Of a stretch of DNA of 64,000 bases, positions 1 through 12,424 are shown piece after piece; the stretch's first letter is position 1; every line of letters begins with the position of its first letter. Both the position numbers and the translations under genes were made by a program. The stretch covers positions 20,695 to 84,694 of the forward strand of contig NIVC01003660.1 in the NCBI GenBank assembly GCA_002269645.1. Direction: 5' to 3'. Origin of the DNA: Macrostomum lignano (Eukaryota). The notes beneath the pieces are model-generated. The model ran no database searches. It was given only the letters and a program-made list of their open reading frames with translations, and was not told where the DNA came from.

Positions 1-42
1 AGTAGTAATAATACGACATACTCAACTAAACAAGGCCCGAAC

Positions 43-653
43 CTGAACGTCTCCATCGGAGCGCACTCGGACAACGCGACCAACCCGACCCCGACCGTTG
101 CCCAGCAACTGCTGCTGCTGGTCGGAGCCGCTGGACGTCGTCGCCAGCACTCGGACCAAATCGCCTGGCGACAGAGCCAGCGGCACCGACTGCGGCAGAT
201 TCGGCGTCACTGGCAGCAGCGTCGTAGCGTAAACGGAACTGGCGCCTCCACCCGCGCCGCTTCCTCCGCCGCCGCCGCCACCAACTGCGGCGCGAAGCCT
301 TCGGGCGGAAGCGGACGGGTCCGGGATGAGGCAGAGAGCGGCCGGGTTCAGCGTCCACCGGTTGCCGCTGGGATAAGAGACAACAGCGTCGCCGTCTTCG
401 TCCACGCCAACGATAGAGCCGACAATGTCGACGCATTCGGACATGGCCGGGGACCAGCCGCCGTGGGTTCGTTGAAGGCGTTGAAACGTATCGGTGGACA
501 CGGCGACACGTACCCGGTCGCCCGGCTGGAACGCGCACAGCTCCATGTGGGGACAGGCGCCAGGACAACCGGCGGAGCCGCCGCCCAGCTCCAGACTGGC
601 CGAGGTGGACGACGCTGCCGAGGTGTCCGAGTTGGGCGGCCGGTTTATTTCGC
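43..653 (-). CDS. MIB1: MIB1 second exon (REP / Mib SH3-like repeats); gene continues left of the window
   Basis: Acceptor ttccatag|GC at 654/653 is phase-compatible with the exon-1 donor. Encodes FQPGDRVRV...QRTHGGWSPAMSECVDIVGSIVGVDEDGDAVVSYPSGNRWTLNPAAL and LSPGDLVRV...GRVGRVVRVRSDGDVQ. Probable donor CAG|GTTCGG at 43/42. Confidence 0.85.
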
Positions 654-814
654 CTATGGAAACAGTTGAATTTAAAATGAGGGATTATATTAGCATCAGA
701 CTACTTTCAGTAGGTATTTTGCATTAAACTTAATTTTCAATACAGTAAGTAAATAAGTGGTAACCGAGGAGGATATACAGGATTCTAAAAATCAATAAAT
801 GAGACTATTCTTTT

Positions 815-1272
815 GATGGCTAGAGGGAGATTACTGAGATGACTAGAGGGAGATCATTGAGGTGGCTAGAGAGAGATTACTGAGATGGCTAGAAGGAGAT
901 TACTGAGCTGGCTAGAGGGAGATTATTGAGGTGGCTAGAGAGAGATTACTGAGATGGCTAGAGGGAGATTATTGAGGTGGCTAGAGGGAGATTACTGAGA
1001 TAGCTAGAGGGAGATTACTGAGATAGCTAGAGGGAGATTACTGAGGTGGCTAGAGGGAGATTACTGAGATAGCTAGAGGGAGATTACTGAGATAGCTAGA
1101 GGGAGATTATTGAGATGGCTAGAGGGAGATTACTGAGCTGGCTAGAGGGAGATTATTGAGGTGGCTACAAGGTGGCTAGAGGGAGATTACTGAGCTGGCT
1201 AGAGGGAGATTATTGAGGTGGCTAGAGGGAGATTACTGAGATGGCTAGATGGAGATTATTGAGGTGGCTACA
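815..1272. repeat. Intronic minisatellite, ~23-bp unit GGCTAGAGGGAGATTACTGAGAT
   Basis: About 20 tandem copies visible in the MIB1 intron. Confidence 0.95.
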
Positions 1273-1375
1273 AGGGTTCTAGACGTGGCATATACGAGCA
1301 TATTTGTTTAAAAAAGCTGAATTGCGATTCTCAATGTTTCCTATTTGCACACATTAGGAGCTACATCTGCCTTAC

Positions 1376-2107
1376 CTAGCAGCGGCAAATGGTCTCTATA
1401 ATAGGCGAATGCTTTAGCCTCGGACACCACTCGCAGGTCAACCATGCCCTCGTAGCCAACCCTATAGAGATTTTTAACTCCGCTATCCCAGAGCACGTAG
1501 GCGGCCGACCTCGGCGCATCCGGGCACCAGTCCTGCACCTCGGTGACCTTGCCCCGCTTCCCGCTGCCGCCGTCCTGATCCTCCCATTGCCAGTCGACGC
1601 CGCGTACAACCCTAGCGCCGGGAACAGGCCTCGGCAGGTGTATTTCTTAGCTCGCCGGCGGGAGTCGCACCAGACTGGCTCGGCTAGCGGGTGCACAAAT
1701 TGAAAGAATCTGTGCCTAGTGGAGTGCTTGTCGCCGTGATAGCAGGCTGAGCACAGGGATACGCCGTTGCAATCGGCGCAGGCCCATCGGACGCCATACA
1801 GCGGCCTGGCGCCGCACTCGTCGCAGCTGAAACAGTCCTCGTGTACAACGCCAGCTGGCCCGTTGTCAAGGACGCGCAGGTCATAGGCGCCTGAGCAGCG
1901 ATAATTAGCGGCGGTGCCATTGTCCCAAACTACAACGACTTCTTCTGGGCTTTCGAAATTGCGCACAGTGCCAACGCTGCCCTCGCCGCCGTCCTGTTTG
2001 GCCCATTTCCAGTGGGGCCCGCGGACAACCCGACTGCCGACGCCCAGCTGCATAGTGGCAGTCAATAGTAGGTCGCCGGAGCCCGACATGAAAGAGGCAT
2101 GCGACAT
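1376..2107 (-). CDS. MIB1: E3 ubiquitin ligase mind bomb 1, first coding exon (Mib-HERC2, ZZ zinc finger, Mib-HERC2); 1-nt frameshift at about 1620-1622
   Basis: [60 protein letters not shown] is near-identical to the MIB1 N-terminus. A CDEC..CADC..CSAC..H..H ZZ finger follows. After ...CRGLFP a shifted frame continues [63 protein letters not shown]. Donor CTAG|GTAAG at 1376/1375. Start codon at 2107 or 2053. Confidence 0.92.
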   Translation of the reverse strand: MSHASFMSGSGDLLLTATMQLGVGSRVVRGPHWKWAKQDGGEGSVGTVRNFESPEEVVVVWDNGTAANYRCSGAYDLRVLDNGPAGVVHEDCFSCDECGARPLYGVRWACADCNGVSLCSACYHGDKHSTRHRFFQFVHPLAEPVWCDSRRRAKKYTCRGLFPALGLYAASTGNGRIRTAAAGSGARSPRCRTGARMRRGRPPTCSGIAELKISIGLATRAWLTCEWCPRLKHSPIIETICRC

Positions 2108-4407
2108 GCAATAGCATTTTTAATTGCATCCTTAATGCTTAATAAGTCAGTCAACATTTAATTCATTTATGAAAGCAATTAGATATCAATTAATTTGCTA
2201 GCCTATAATGAAATCTAGGTCTGTGTCAATAGCGCATTATGAAACAACTTTTAAATCTAGCGTCCATATTTTTGTAATTCATAGTTTACATAAAGGATCA
2301 ATAATTTTACTCTTGGATTATGGGGAGTACACTTTTACAAGAGGTTTTTCAATTTTCAATTTTTATTCTTCTGTAGACATGGAGTCAGCAGACTTACACA
2401 CTGTCAGTCAGTCAGTGCAGGGCAGAGTTATTGACAAAAAAATGAAATTTGACTTTCAATATGGCATCTACAAGTAATCTATTGCTTCCATTCAACTTAC
2501 AGTATGCCTTTTTTCACAAGGAGCACATGTTGGTATATGTTCAAGCCCAAGTATTTGATGCATGCTTTGTATTCTATGTCCTAAATCTTGCATTGATAAA
2601 GTCCACTAGCTATAATACTAGTCTCCTCTTGGTTTCAAATAAAAAACTTTGCCTAGCTATGATAATTAGCCATCAGCAAATAATATGGATGAATTAAGTT
2701 TCTTACACAACTAGTGCATTCTATGGTCACAATAATACCATAAGTTTTAGATCTAGAATGCATTGATGACACATTGGGTTAGACCTAGATTTTCTACTTG
2801 GATCATTACTTAGCACAATATCTATTTCAAAATAGTATAATCAAGGCAATTAACTATAAAAAAACATGAATGGTAGGGCTAACTTTGAGTAAACTATCTT
2901 GATTTCTAAAAAATATTTTCTCTTTATTGACTTGTATGCCTTTTTAAACAGACTTGCATAAAACTTCCATTTGGACATTGCCAAGGATTAGCCACTATGG
3001 GTTTATTGAATAATATTTTTTTGTTAGAGATTGCATTATCTCTTACAAAAAAGTTTTGATTGTATAATACTAGTAGACAAACAATTCCAATACTCTCATA
3101 TTAGGATTATTTTACTATATATACTTCTTTTAAAGTAGTCTAATACTAATACTATTATGAAAATTTTCTAACTTTTCATATTCTATTAAGTTAGCCTATT
3201 GTTTACTTGTATTATTTGTAAAATAAATTACTTTATCTATTTAATTCTTAAAATGTTTAATAAGAAAATTGTTGAAATAATATACTATAGGACTATTGCC
3301 ATAGTCAAGGTGCCTATATTCCAGAATTTTCTAGCATACATTAGCCCTTTATATTTCTTTGGCATATATATTTGGTATGCTATTACACTTAAATCTTAAA
3401 AATCTATATTTTGCATACAAAAATAGTATACAAAGCTATTTGAAATTTTGTATATATATCTACTAGTTTCTATAACAAAAGGTAGAATATTTCAAAGAAA
3501 AAGATAGTGGTTAAAAGGTGATAATAATACAAACAAAAAATATTAATTGAATATGACAATGCTATTTTAAAAAAAAGAATTTAGATATTATAACTTTATG
3601 TAATTATATTAAAAGTTGTTGTAAATGAGAAATAGATACAACAAAAATTTTGTTATAATATACATATAAATATCAAATGTAACAATACAAAAGGGCTTTG
3701 ATTGTTGCAATGAAAAAAATGTCCTTTTTTGAAGTTCAAAGGTAAGGTTGTATAATTTTGAAATTTTGGCATATATTGATATATAAAACTCTGGCATATA
3801 CTAGAAGTATACACTTTCTTAACAATACAAACAATGGGAGTCTATGGCTATTAGGGGTTGCCCTACATCTTGCTTAGCCATAGGCCTATTGTTTAGATTG
3901 TTATCTAATATACAGCCATCCTACTCCTGCTTTATTATATACATTTTGGCAATTTTGGTTTACTATTAGTAAAAACTGATTTGCCAAAGTTATATACATG
4001 GTCACATAACCTAAGGCCCATATATGTGCAACAGTTGGCCAAGTCGGCCAATCCGGCCAACCAATTTGGTAGCCAACCAAGGAAGTCGCAAAAATGCCCA
4101 CCTGAAAAACACCCAAGTAAAAGTAGTAGTACTATGTACTAAGTAGCTGATGAGCTATTTTGGCTTAATAAGACAGTCATAATTACTCCTGCCGTTTACC
4201 CAAAGTTGCATTAATTTTGCTTTAGGTTTTTTACATGTAAGTTGCATTTTTAGCCAAAAACTATGTTGCATTTTTGTTAAAACTAAGTCGCATGGCCAAC
4301 TGAATTTTGGAGGTTGCGCATGTATGCTAGGGCCTATCCTAAGAATATTCTAGGGTATTAATAAAATATTAAAAAATAATTATAGTTTATAGATTCTAGT
4401 TCTAAGA

Positions 4408-4445
4408 CAGGGGTCAGAAACCTATTTCCACTTAAGGGCCAGATA
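4408..4445 (+). mobile_element. Possible hAT-type MITE terminus (CAGGGGTCAGAAACC...GGGCCAGA)
   Basis: Starts with a CAGGGGTC..AAC motif typical of hAT non-autonomous termini. Partner end not identified. Confidence 0.25.
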
Positions 4446-6059
4446 AGGTTTTTTTCAATTCAAAACTATAAGCCACAGGTTGCAACCCAGTTAGCCTACT
4501 TCACTCTCTCCTAGGTCTTTCTTTACCTTCCAGAATCTACTCCCTGGGTCTTTACCTCCCAGAATCTGCTTCCTAATTCTTTACCCTCCAGAATCTGCTC
4601 CCCCCCTGGGGCCTGGGTCTTTACTAAACTAACATTTGTACTCCCATTAATGGCCTATACTACTACTTTCTCAATTTCCTTTGCCGCAAGTTCCCCTCTT
4701 TTTATTTTATTTGAAATTTTGAACTGATACGCTGTCTGTCTAAAGTTTTTAAACAGTCACTAACGCGACTAGTTTGTGTTTCATTACTAATTTGTCATTA
4801 AAAGTTGGCAATTGAGGAAAGAAATTCCATTTTAGTGCACAAAACTTTTGTAGGAGAAAATATAAAATTACAATTGCCTAAAGGTATGGGCCAGATTATA
4901 ATAATTAAGATTAAGGAAGTTTGTAGGCTTCTTTTAGTTAGGCCTAGTTGCTAGTTAGAGGAGGATCCTAAAAAGAGGATTTGACTTCTTTTTAAATGCA
5001 ACATTTCCATCAAAATAAAAACAATGCCAAATGCCAATAGCATAGGCCTATTCCATTCCTAAAGTTGACAAAGCTTCAGTATCGCTCTGTCAGTGTTTAG
5101 TTGACACAGTCAGTGGAACCAGCCTATGCACTGTTATGCAGTCAGACTGGTGTTGCAGCATTATGAGATCATGAATGAATTAATTAATTTGTGTACGTAC
5201 GTAACGTACATCGTTTTTTATAATTAAAGCTGCAGTTTTGCAAAAGACTTCGCTGTTTGAATGTTTGAATAGAAATCACAAGGTTAAACAAAACGTTTTT
5301 AGTTAGTTTATAATGCAACAAGTTAACAGTTTTAAGTTTTCATTTTAGTCTGTATATACTGCAAACAAATATGATTTTAACCAGTTAGAATTGCCTTGAA
5401 ACTTGACTGTAAGTGTACACATATAGATTTGATTTTTGTTAACGATAATTAAAAATTTTACTCACTGGGATCAGCAATGGACCTACTTAATGGACCAACG
5501 GTTCCAACTGTTCAGTTCAATATGACACCAGCCAAGATTTTATTCACCAAATTCTTGGTCATAATGACGCAAAAAAGTAAATTTTGTACAATCGCATGGC
5601 TGGCATAGCTATATTATATACACTTCAGACATAAGCATAGTGCTGCATTACAGACATGACATATTGACTTGATTTTCATTATTATAATATTAGAGACATC
5701 AGTCAAATGTTGCTTTAGCTACTTCATAACCCTACGAATCTACGATGGCAGTGTGTATCAAAATTTAATCTAGGGCTCTTATTGTATATCTATCTAGTAA
5801 TGTTTTTTCTGTAGCTTTAATCTTTACATCAGAACCTTAGCTTAGCTTTTTATTTTGTTTGCTCTATTTCAAAAGTTGTGATTTTTTATTCGTTTTGGCT
5901 TTCTATCTGATCGAACTGACTTTAGACCTAGGCCTACTGCCTTTATTTTTAGATTATTATAACTTTTAATTCATGAATAGACTAATAATATTAAATAATC
6001 ATCAATACCCCTTACTAATAGACACTTAAAAACACTGTTAGTGATTAACTAGCAATCTA

Positions 6060-7510
6060 CGCCCCCCGTTGGGGAGCCAAAGAAATGCAATACACGTATT
6101 TTTAACAAGCTACATGTAGCCTTGAAATTTTAAAAAATCTCCTGTCAAAATTCTAACCCTAACCAAAACCCTAAATTCAATATTTTGTCCATGAGTTTTT
6201 GCATGATCGATGCTTCTATGATTTTTGGCATGACGCTTCCATTGTTTTTGCATGACGCTTCCATTATTTTTGCATGATGCTCCCATGATAAACATTTTTA
6301 ATAAGCTAAATGAGCCAAGTTATAAGCTACCCTAACCCTAACCCTAACCCGAATCTTAACGCAATAACCCTGAACCTAACCCTAAACCTAAACCCTAATA
6401 CCAACCCTAACACTAACCCTACAGCCTGACATCTGCATAAGTTTGTGAAGAGCTAGTAGTATTTTTTAGCTTAGTATCTTAGCGTTAGGGAGCCAAAAAT
6501 ACAATACAAGTTTTGTAATAAACTACATGTAGCATCTCTTTGCAATATACCTCAGAAGTCACTTGTAAGCCTTGAAATGTCAGTAATTCCCCCCACAAGC
6601 TTTAACAAATCAACTCCCCCCTTGACATCTCAGCGATGCCCCAAATAAGCCTTGAAGTCTAAAAAATCTGTCAACCTTCTAACCCTAACCCTAGCCTAAC
6701 CCTAACCCTAACCCTAACCCTAACCTAACCCTAAAGCATTGAAATTTCAGTAATTCTGAGTCATTATAGCACTACTACAGCGTTATAGCGATTCCCTGCA
6801 AGCCTCGACATCGTAGGGATTCCCAAATGAATCTCTTCGCTTCGACATGAAGCTTCTTTTATTTTTTACATTATGCTTTTTCTATCAGTGAGCCCTGAGG
6901 AGCCAACAAAAAAATGTAATAAAAAGTTTTCATTAAACTACATGTAGCTTCTGACTTTAGTCTTGAAATCTCATTTATACCCCGTGAGCCTTGACATCTC
7001 AGCTATTCCCCCGTAAGCCTTGACATGTCAGCGATGCCCCCATAAATCTTGAAATCTAAAAAAATCCCCTGTTAACCTTGAAACCCGATAAAAAAAACCC
7101 TCAACCCACACCTGACCTAAACCTAACTTTAACCCAACCTAAAGCCTTGAAATCTCAGCAATTCTTCTCCCCTAAGCCTTGGCATTTTAGTGTTTCCTTC
7201 TTTAAGAATCACCAGCACTATAACGATTTCCACCAAGCTTTGACATTGTAGCAATTCCCAAATGAATCTTTTAACTTCGACATGACTTTTCTTATATGTA
7301 TACATAGTGCTACTTTTATTTTTTACATGACTCTGCTTCTATCAGCGCCCCCCTGTGGCGAGCCAACAATGAATGTAATAAAAATTGAGTAAAGTACATG
7401 AACTTTGAAGTAGCTTCTGACTTTTGCTTTGACATCTCAGAAACCCCCCCCACCTGTAATCTCAGTTATTCTCTGTGAGCCTTGACGTCTCAGTAATTCT
7501 CCCCAGCACA
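6060..7510. repeat. Composite repeat of four diverged modules (GGAGCCAA...AAACTACATGTAGC...CCTTGAAAT/CCTTGACAT) with interstitial (CCCTAA)n tracts
   Basis: Module heads at about 6070, 6490, 6900 and 7360. Telomere-type tracts at about 6330-6420 and 6680-6735. Confidence 0.7.
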
Positions 7511-7544
7511 GCACTGTACTATAGCTTCATTTAATTTTTATATG

Positions 7545-10520
7545 ACACCTTTCATGTCTGACATGGCGCTTCTTTTGATTTTTACATGACGCTTCTTTTA
7601 TTCTTCCATTATTCTTCTTAATTTTTTAAATGACACTTTCATTAGTTTTTATATGAGGCTTCTATGATTGTTTCCATGACGCTTCTATGATTTTACCATG
7701 ACGCTTCTATTATTGTTTGCATGACGCTTCTATGATTTTTACATGACGCAACTATGATTTTTTAAATGACGCTTTTATGATTTTTTACATGACGCTTTTA
7801 TGATTTTTTACATGACGCTTCTATGCTTGTTTACATGACGCTTCTATGCTTGTTTACATGACGCTTCTATGATTTTTACATGATGCTTCTATGATTGTTT
7901 ACATGACTCTTCTATGATTGTTTACATGACTCTTCTATGATTGTTTACATGACGCTTCTATGATTGTTTACATGACGCTTCTATGCTTGTTTACATGACG
8001 CTTCTATGGTTTTTTTATGACGCTTCTATGATTGTTTACATGACGCTTCTATGGTTTTTTTTATGACGCTTCTATGATTGTTTACATGACGCTTCTATGA
8101 TTGTTTACATGACGCTTCTTTGACTTTTACATGACGCTTCTATGCTTGTTTACATGACGCTTCTATGATTTTTACATGACGCTTCTATGATTTTTTACAT
8201 GACGCTTCTATGATTTTTACATGACGCTTCTATGACTTTTTCATGACGCTTCTATGATTTTTACGCTTCTATGATTTTTTCATGACGCTTCTATGATTTT
8301 TGCATGACGCTTCCATGATTTTTTACATGACGCTTCTATGATTTTTTCATGTCACTTCGATGATTTTTTATGACGCTTCTATGATTTTTATGACGCTATT
8401 TTGACTTTTACATGACGCTTCTACGATTGTTTACATGACGCTTCTATGATTTTTTAAATGACGCTACTATGATTGTTTGCATGACGCTTCTATGATTTTT
8501 ACATGACGCTACTATGATTGTTTGCATGACGCTTCTATGATTTTTAATGACGCTACTATGATTGTTTACATGACGGTTCTATGATTTTTACATGACGCTT
8601 CTATGATTTTTTCATGACGCTTCTATGATTTTTGCATGACGCTTCTATGATTATTACATGACGCTTTTATTATTTTTTCATGACGCTTCCATGAATTTTT
8701 CATGACGCTTCTATGATTTTTTTGACGCTTTTTTGACTTTAACATGACGCTTCTATGATTGTTTGCATGACGCTTATATGATTGTTTACATGACGCTTCT
8801 ATGATTTTTTCATGACGCTTCTATGATTTTTACATGACGCTTCTATGATTGTTTGCATGACGCTTCTATGATTGTTTACATGACGCTTCTATGATTGTTT
8901 ACATGACGCTTCTATGATTTTTTATGACGCTTCTATGATTTTTCATGACGCTATTTTGACTTTTACATGACGCTTCTATGATTGTTTACATGACGCTTCT
9001 ATGATTGTTTACATGACGCTTCTATGATTGTTTACATAACGCTTCTATGATTGTTTACATGACGCTTCTATGATTTTTTATGACGCTTCTATGATTTTTC
9101 ATGACGCTATTTTGACTTTTACATGACGCTTCTATGATTGTTTACATGACGCTTCTATGATTGTTTACATGACGCTTCTATGATTTTTACATGACGCTTC
9201 TATGCTTGTTTACATGACGCTTCTATGGTTTTTTATGACGCTTCTATGATTGTTTACATGACGCTTCTATGATTTTTTACATGACGCTTCTATGATTGTT
9301 TACATGACGCTTCTATGATTTTTTACATGACGCTTTTATGCTTTTTTACATGACGCTTCTATGATTTTTTCATGACGCTTCTATGATTGTTTACATGACG
9401 CTTCTATGATTGTTTACATGACGCTTCTATGATTTTTTACATGACGCTTCTATGATTTTTACATGACGCTTCTATGATTTTTTCATGACGCTTCTATGAT
9501 TTTTGCATGACGCTTCCATGATTTTTTACATGACGCTTCTTTGATTTTTTCATGTCACTTCGATGATTTTTTATGACGCTTCTATGATTTTTATGACGCT
9601 ATTTTGACTTTTACATGACGCTTCTATGATTGTTTACATGACGCTTCTATGATTTTTTAAATGACGCTACTATGATTGTTTGCATGACGCTTCTATGATT
9701 TTTACATGACGCTACTATGATTGTTTGCATGACGCTTCTATGATTTTTATTGACGCTACTATGATTGTTTACATGACGGTTCTATGATTTTTACATGACG
9801 CTTCTATGATTTTTTCATGACGCTTCTATGATTTTTGCATGACGCTTCTATGATTATTACATGACGCTTTTATTATTTTTTCATGACGCTTCCATGATTT
9901 TTTATGACGCTTCTATGATTTTTCATGACGCTATTTTGACTTTTTCATGACGCTTCTATGATTGTTTGCATGACGCTTATATGATTGTTTACATGACGCT
10001 TCTATGATTTTTTCATGACGCTTCTATGATTTTTACATGACGCTTCTATGATTGTTTGCATGACGCTTCTATGATTGTTTACATGACGCTTCTATGATTT
10101 TTTCATGACGCTTCTATGATTTTTTACATGACGCTTCTATGATTGTTTACATGACGCTTCTATGATTTTTTACATTACACTTCCATGATTTTTATATAAC
10201 GCTTTTACGATTTTTACATGGCGATTCTATGATTGTTTACATGACGCTTCTATGATTTTTTACATGACGCTTCTATGATTTTTTCATGACGCTTCTATGA
10301 TTTTTTACATGACGCTTCTATGATTGTTTACATGACGCTTCTATGATTTTTTATGACGCTTCTATGATTTTTTATGACGCTATTTTGACTTTTACATGAC
10401 GCTTCTATGATTGTTTACATTACGCTTCTATGATTTTTATATAACGCTTTTACGATTTTTTACATGGCGCTTCTATGATTGTTTACATGACACTTCTATG
10501 ATTTTTTACATGACGCTTCT
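7545..10520. repeat. Satellite array, ~22-25-bp unit CATGACGCTTCTATGATT(G/T)TTTA
   Basis: About 3 kb of tandem copies with variant blocks repeated at long range. Confidence 0.97.
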
Positions 10521-11039
10521 TTTTAAAAAGTCTTTTAGTTTTCCTGACGTTGAAAAGCTTTAATTAAAAAAATTATACTCTATGAAAATTCGAACCATCG
10601 TCGCTGCATTTGGCAGTTCAGTTTGTTCACCTCTAGGCTAGCTCTCATCGTTTTGATAACATCAAATTTTGCACTTATATAATTCAACACTTTAAAATCC
10701 AAGCATAGAGTAAATCACACGAAGCAGTTATGACATAATCAGTTTCTCAGTCAGTCAGTATCAGTTAACAATATGGTTACGCAATTTAAATCAAGTCTGG
10801 TGCTACGCTTCCACACTGCATTTTCAATTCAAGTCGGAGTTACAATTCAGTGATTATGCAATCTATTTCAGAATCAGAATTCAACCAGTCAGTTTTTTCT
10901 CTAGCATTCTTACAATGCATTTCAAGTCGAAAAGTTTGCTTGACCTTTGCAAAAAAGCATGTTTTTCGAATATTTAATCACTTTAACATGGAGCAATTTC
11001 TTAGCCAAGATGCATGTACCGTCACGGGAAAATTTCTGA

Positions 11040-11127
11040 TCGAACAGTGCAAGTCTCATGAAAATCGGTCCAGCCATTTTTTCTCTAATCGATCACATAG
11101 ACACAGACAGACCATTTTTAGTATATA
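11040..11127 (+). mobile_element. Helitron/DINE-like non-autonomous 3' end
   Basis: GCAAGTCTCATGAAAATCGGTCCAGCCATTTT...ACAGACAGAC...TTTAGTATATA resembles the layout of Lep1/DINE-1-type 3' ends (AAAATCGGTCCAGCC core, ACAG microsatellite, TATATA terminus). Confidence 0.4.
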
Positions 11128-11289
11128 CGAGTGGAACTCCTCCTTCGGAGGAGAAAGGGGAAGAACTCCCATCACCGGAATTCTATTCCCTGTAATATCC
11201 ATCAACTGAAATTCCATGTCTTTAACCCTATCTTCCAAATCGTCTCCAAATTTTTTACAAAATCTTTCAAAGACCATAGCTCAAAGACT

Positions 11290-12000
11290 CTCAAGTCTCT
11301 CGTATCTCCTCTCTCCTCTCTCTCATCTCATTTCTACCCCTGCTCCCTTATTTATCTCTTCTCCCTCGTCTTTCGTCTGTACCTTCTCCTGTCTTCTGTC
11401 TCCTCTCTTCACTCTTATCTCTCCCTCTTCTCTCCTCTCTCATATGTCATCTCTACTCACTTATCTATCGTCTCTCTTAACCCTCTCTCTCTCTTCTCTT
11501 TTCTCTTCTCTCTGCTCTCATTTCTCATATTTCATATACGCTCTGACACTACTTTCTTGTCTCCCATCTTTCTTCCTCCTTTTCACTATCCCCTGTCTCT
11601 TCTCTTCTCTCTTTTCTATTCTCTCCATTCTCTCTTTTCTCCTTTCCTTGCTCCTTTTATCTCTCTCCTCTCTCCTCACTCTCTTCTCCTTTCGCTTCTC
11701 TCTCCTCTCTCTCCTCTCATCTTTACTACCTTATTTATATCTTCTCCCTAGTCTTTCGTCTGTACTCTCTCCTGTCTCCTCTCTCCCCTCCTCTCTCATC
11801 CCTCATCTCCTCATCTCACTCTTTCTTTCTCCTCTACTCTCCCCTCTCTTCTATTGCCTCTGTACGCTCTTATCCCTCATCTATTCTCTCTCCTATCATC
11901 TCCAATCTGTCATGTCTAATCTCTCCACTCAATTATACTCTGTTTTCTATCATCTCTTCTCTCTTCTCTTTTCAGTCTTCTCTTTACTCTCTTCTCTGAC
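11290..12000. repeat. CT-rich low-complexity tract
   Basis: Pyrimidine-dominated sequence that gives spurious Leu/Ser ORFs. Confidence 0.9.
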
Positions 12001-12059
12001 TGATTGAAGATGCCAAATCCATCAAGATCCTCTCCGCGAAGCAAAAATCCTGTCTGTGC

Positions 12060-12350
12060 AACTAAAAACCATCGAAATCCTCTCAGTGAAACTGGACTCC
12101 TTCGAAATCCTCTCCTTGAAACCTGAATCCATCAAAATTGTTTCCATAAAACAGAAATCAATCATAAATTATCTCAGCGAAACAGAAAGCCTCTCCGTGA
12201 AGCTGAACATGATCGAAATCCTCTCCGTGAAACTGAACACCATGGAAATCCTTTCGTGAAACTGAACATCATCGAAATCCTCTCCACGAAACAGAAATCT
12301 TCTCCGTCAGAATTTAAACATTGAAATCGTCTCTGCTAAACTTGACTTAA
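12060..12350. repeat. Degenerate tandem repeat (ATCGAAATCCTCTCCGTGAAACTGAAC core)
   Basis: Core recurs about 7 times. Confidence 0.7.
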
Positions 12351-12390
12351 TCGAATTTTTTCCGTCAAACAACTCAACTCGCCAGATTCA

Positions 12391-12424
12391 TTAGGGTTAG
12401 GGTTAGGGTTAGGGTTAGGGTTAG
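12391..12424 (+). repeat. Interstitial telomeric repeat (TTAGGG)5
   Basis: Five perfect TTAGGG copies followed by TTAG. Confidence 0.9.

Noticed and set aside
7545-10520. CRISPR-like appearance of regular 23-37-bp repeats here and at 41253-42730
   Set aside because: The units are head-to-tail with no unique spacers and no cas genes, and the context is eukaryotic.
12391-12424. True chromosome end
   Set aside because: Only five TTAGGG copies, with ordinary sequence on both sides, so it is interstitial.
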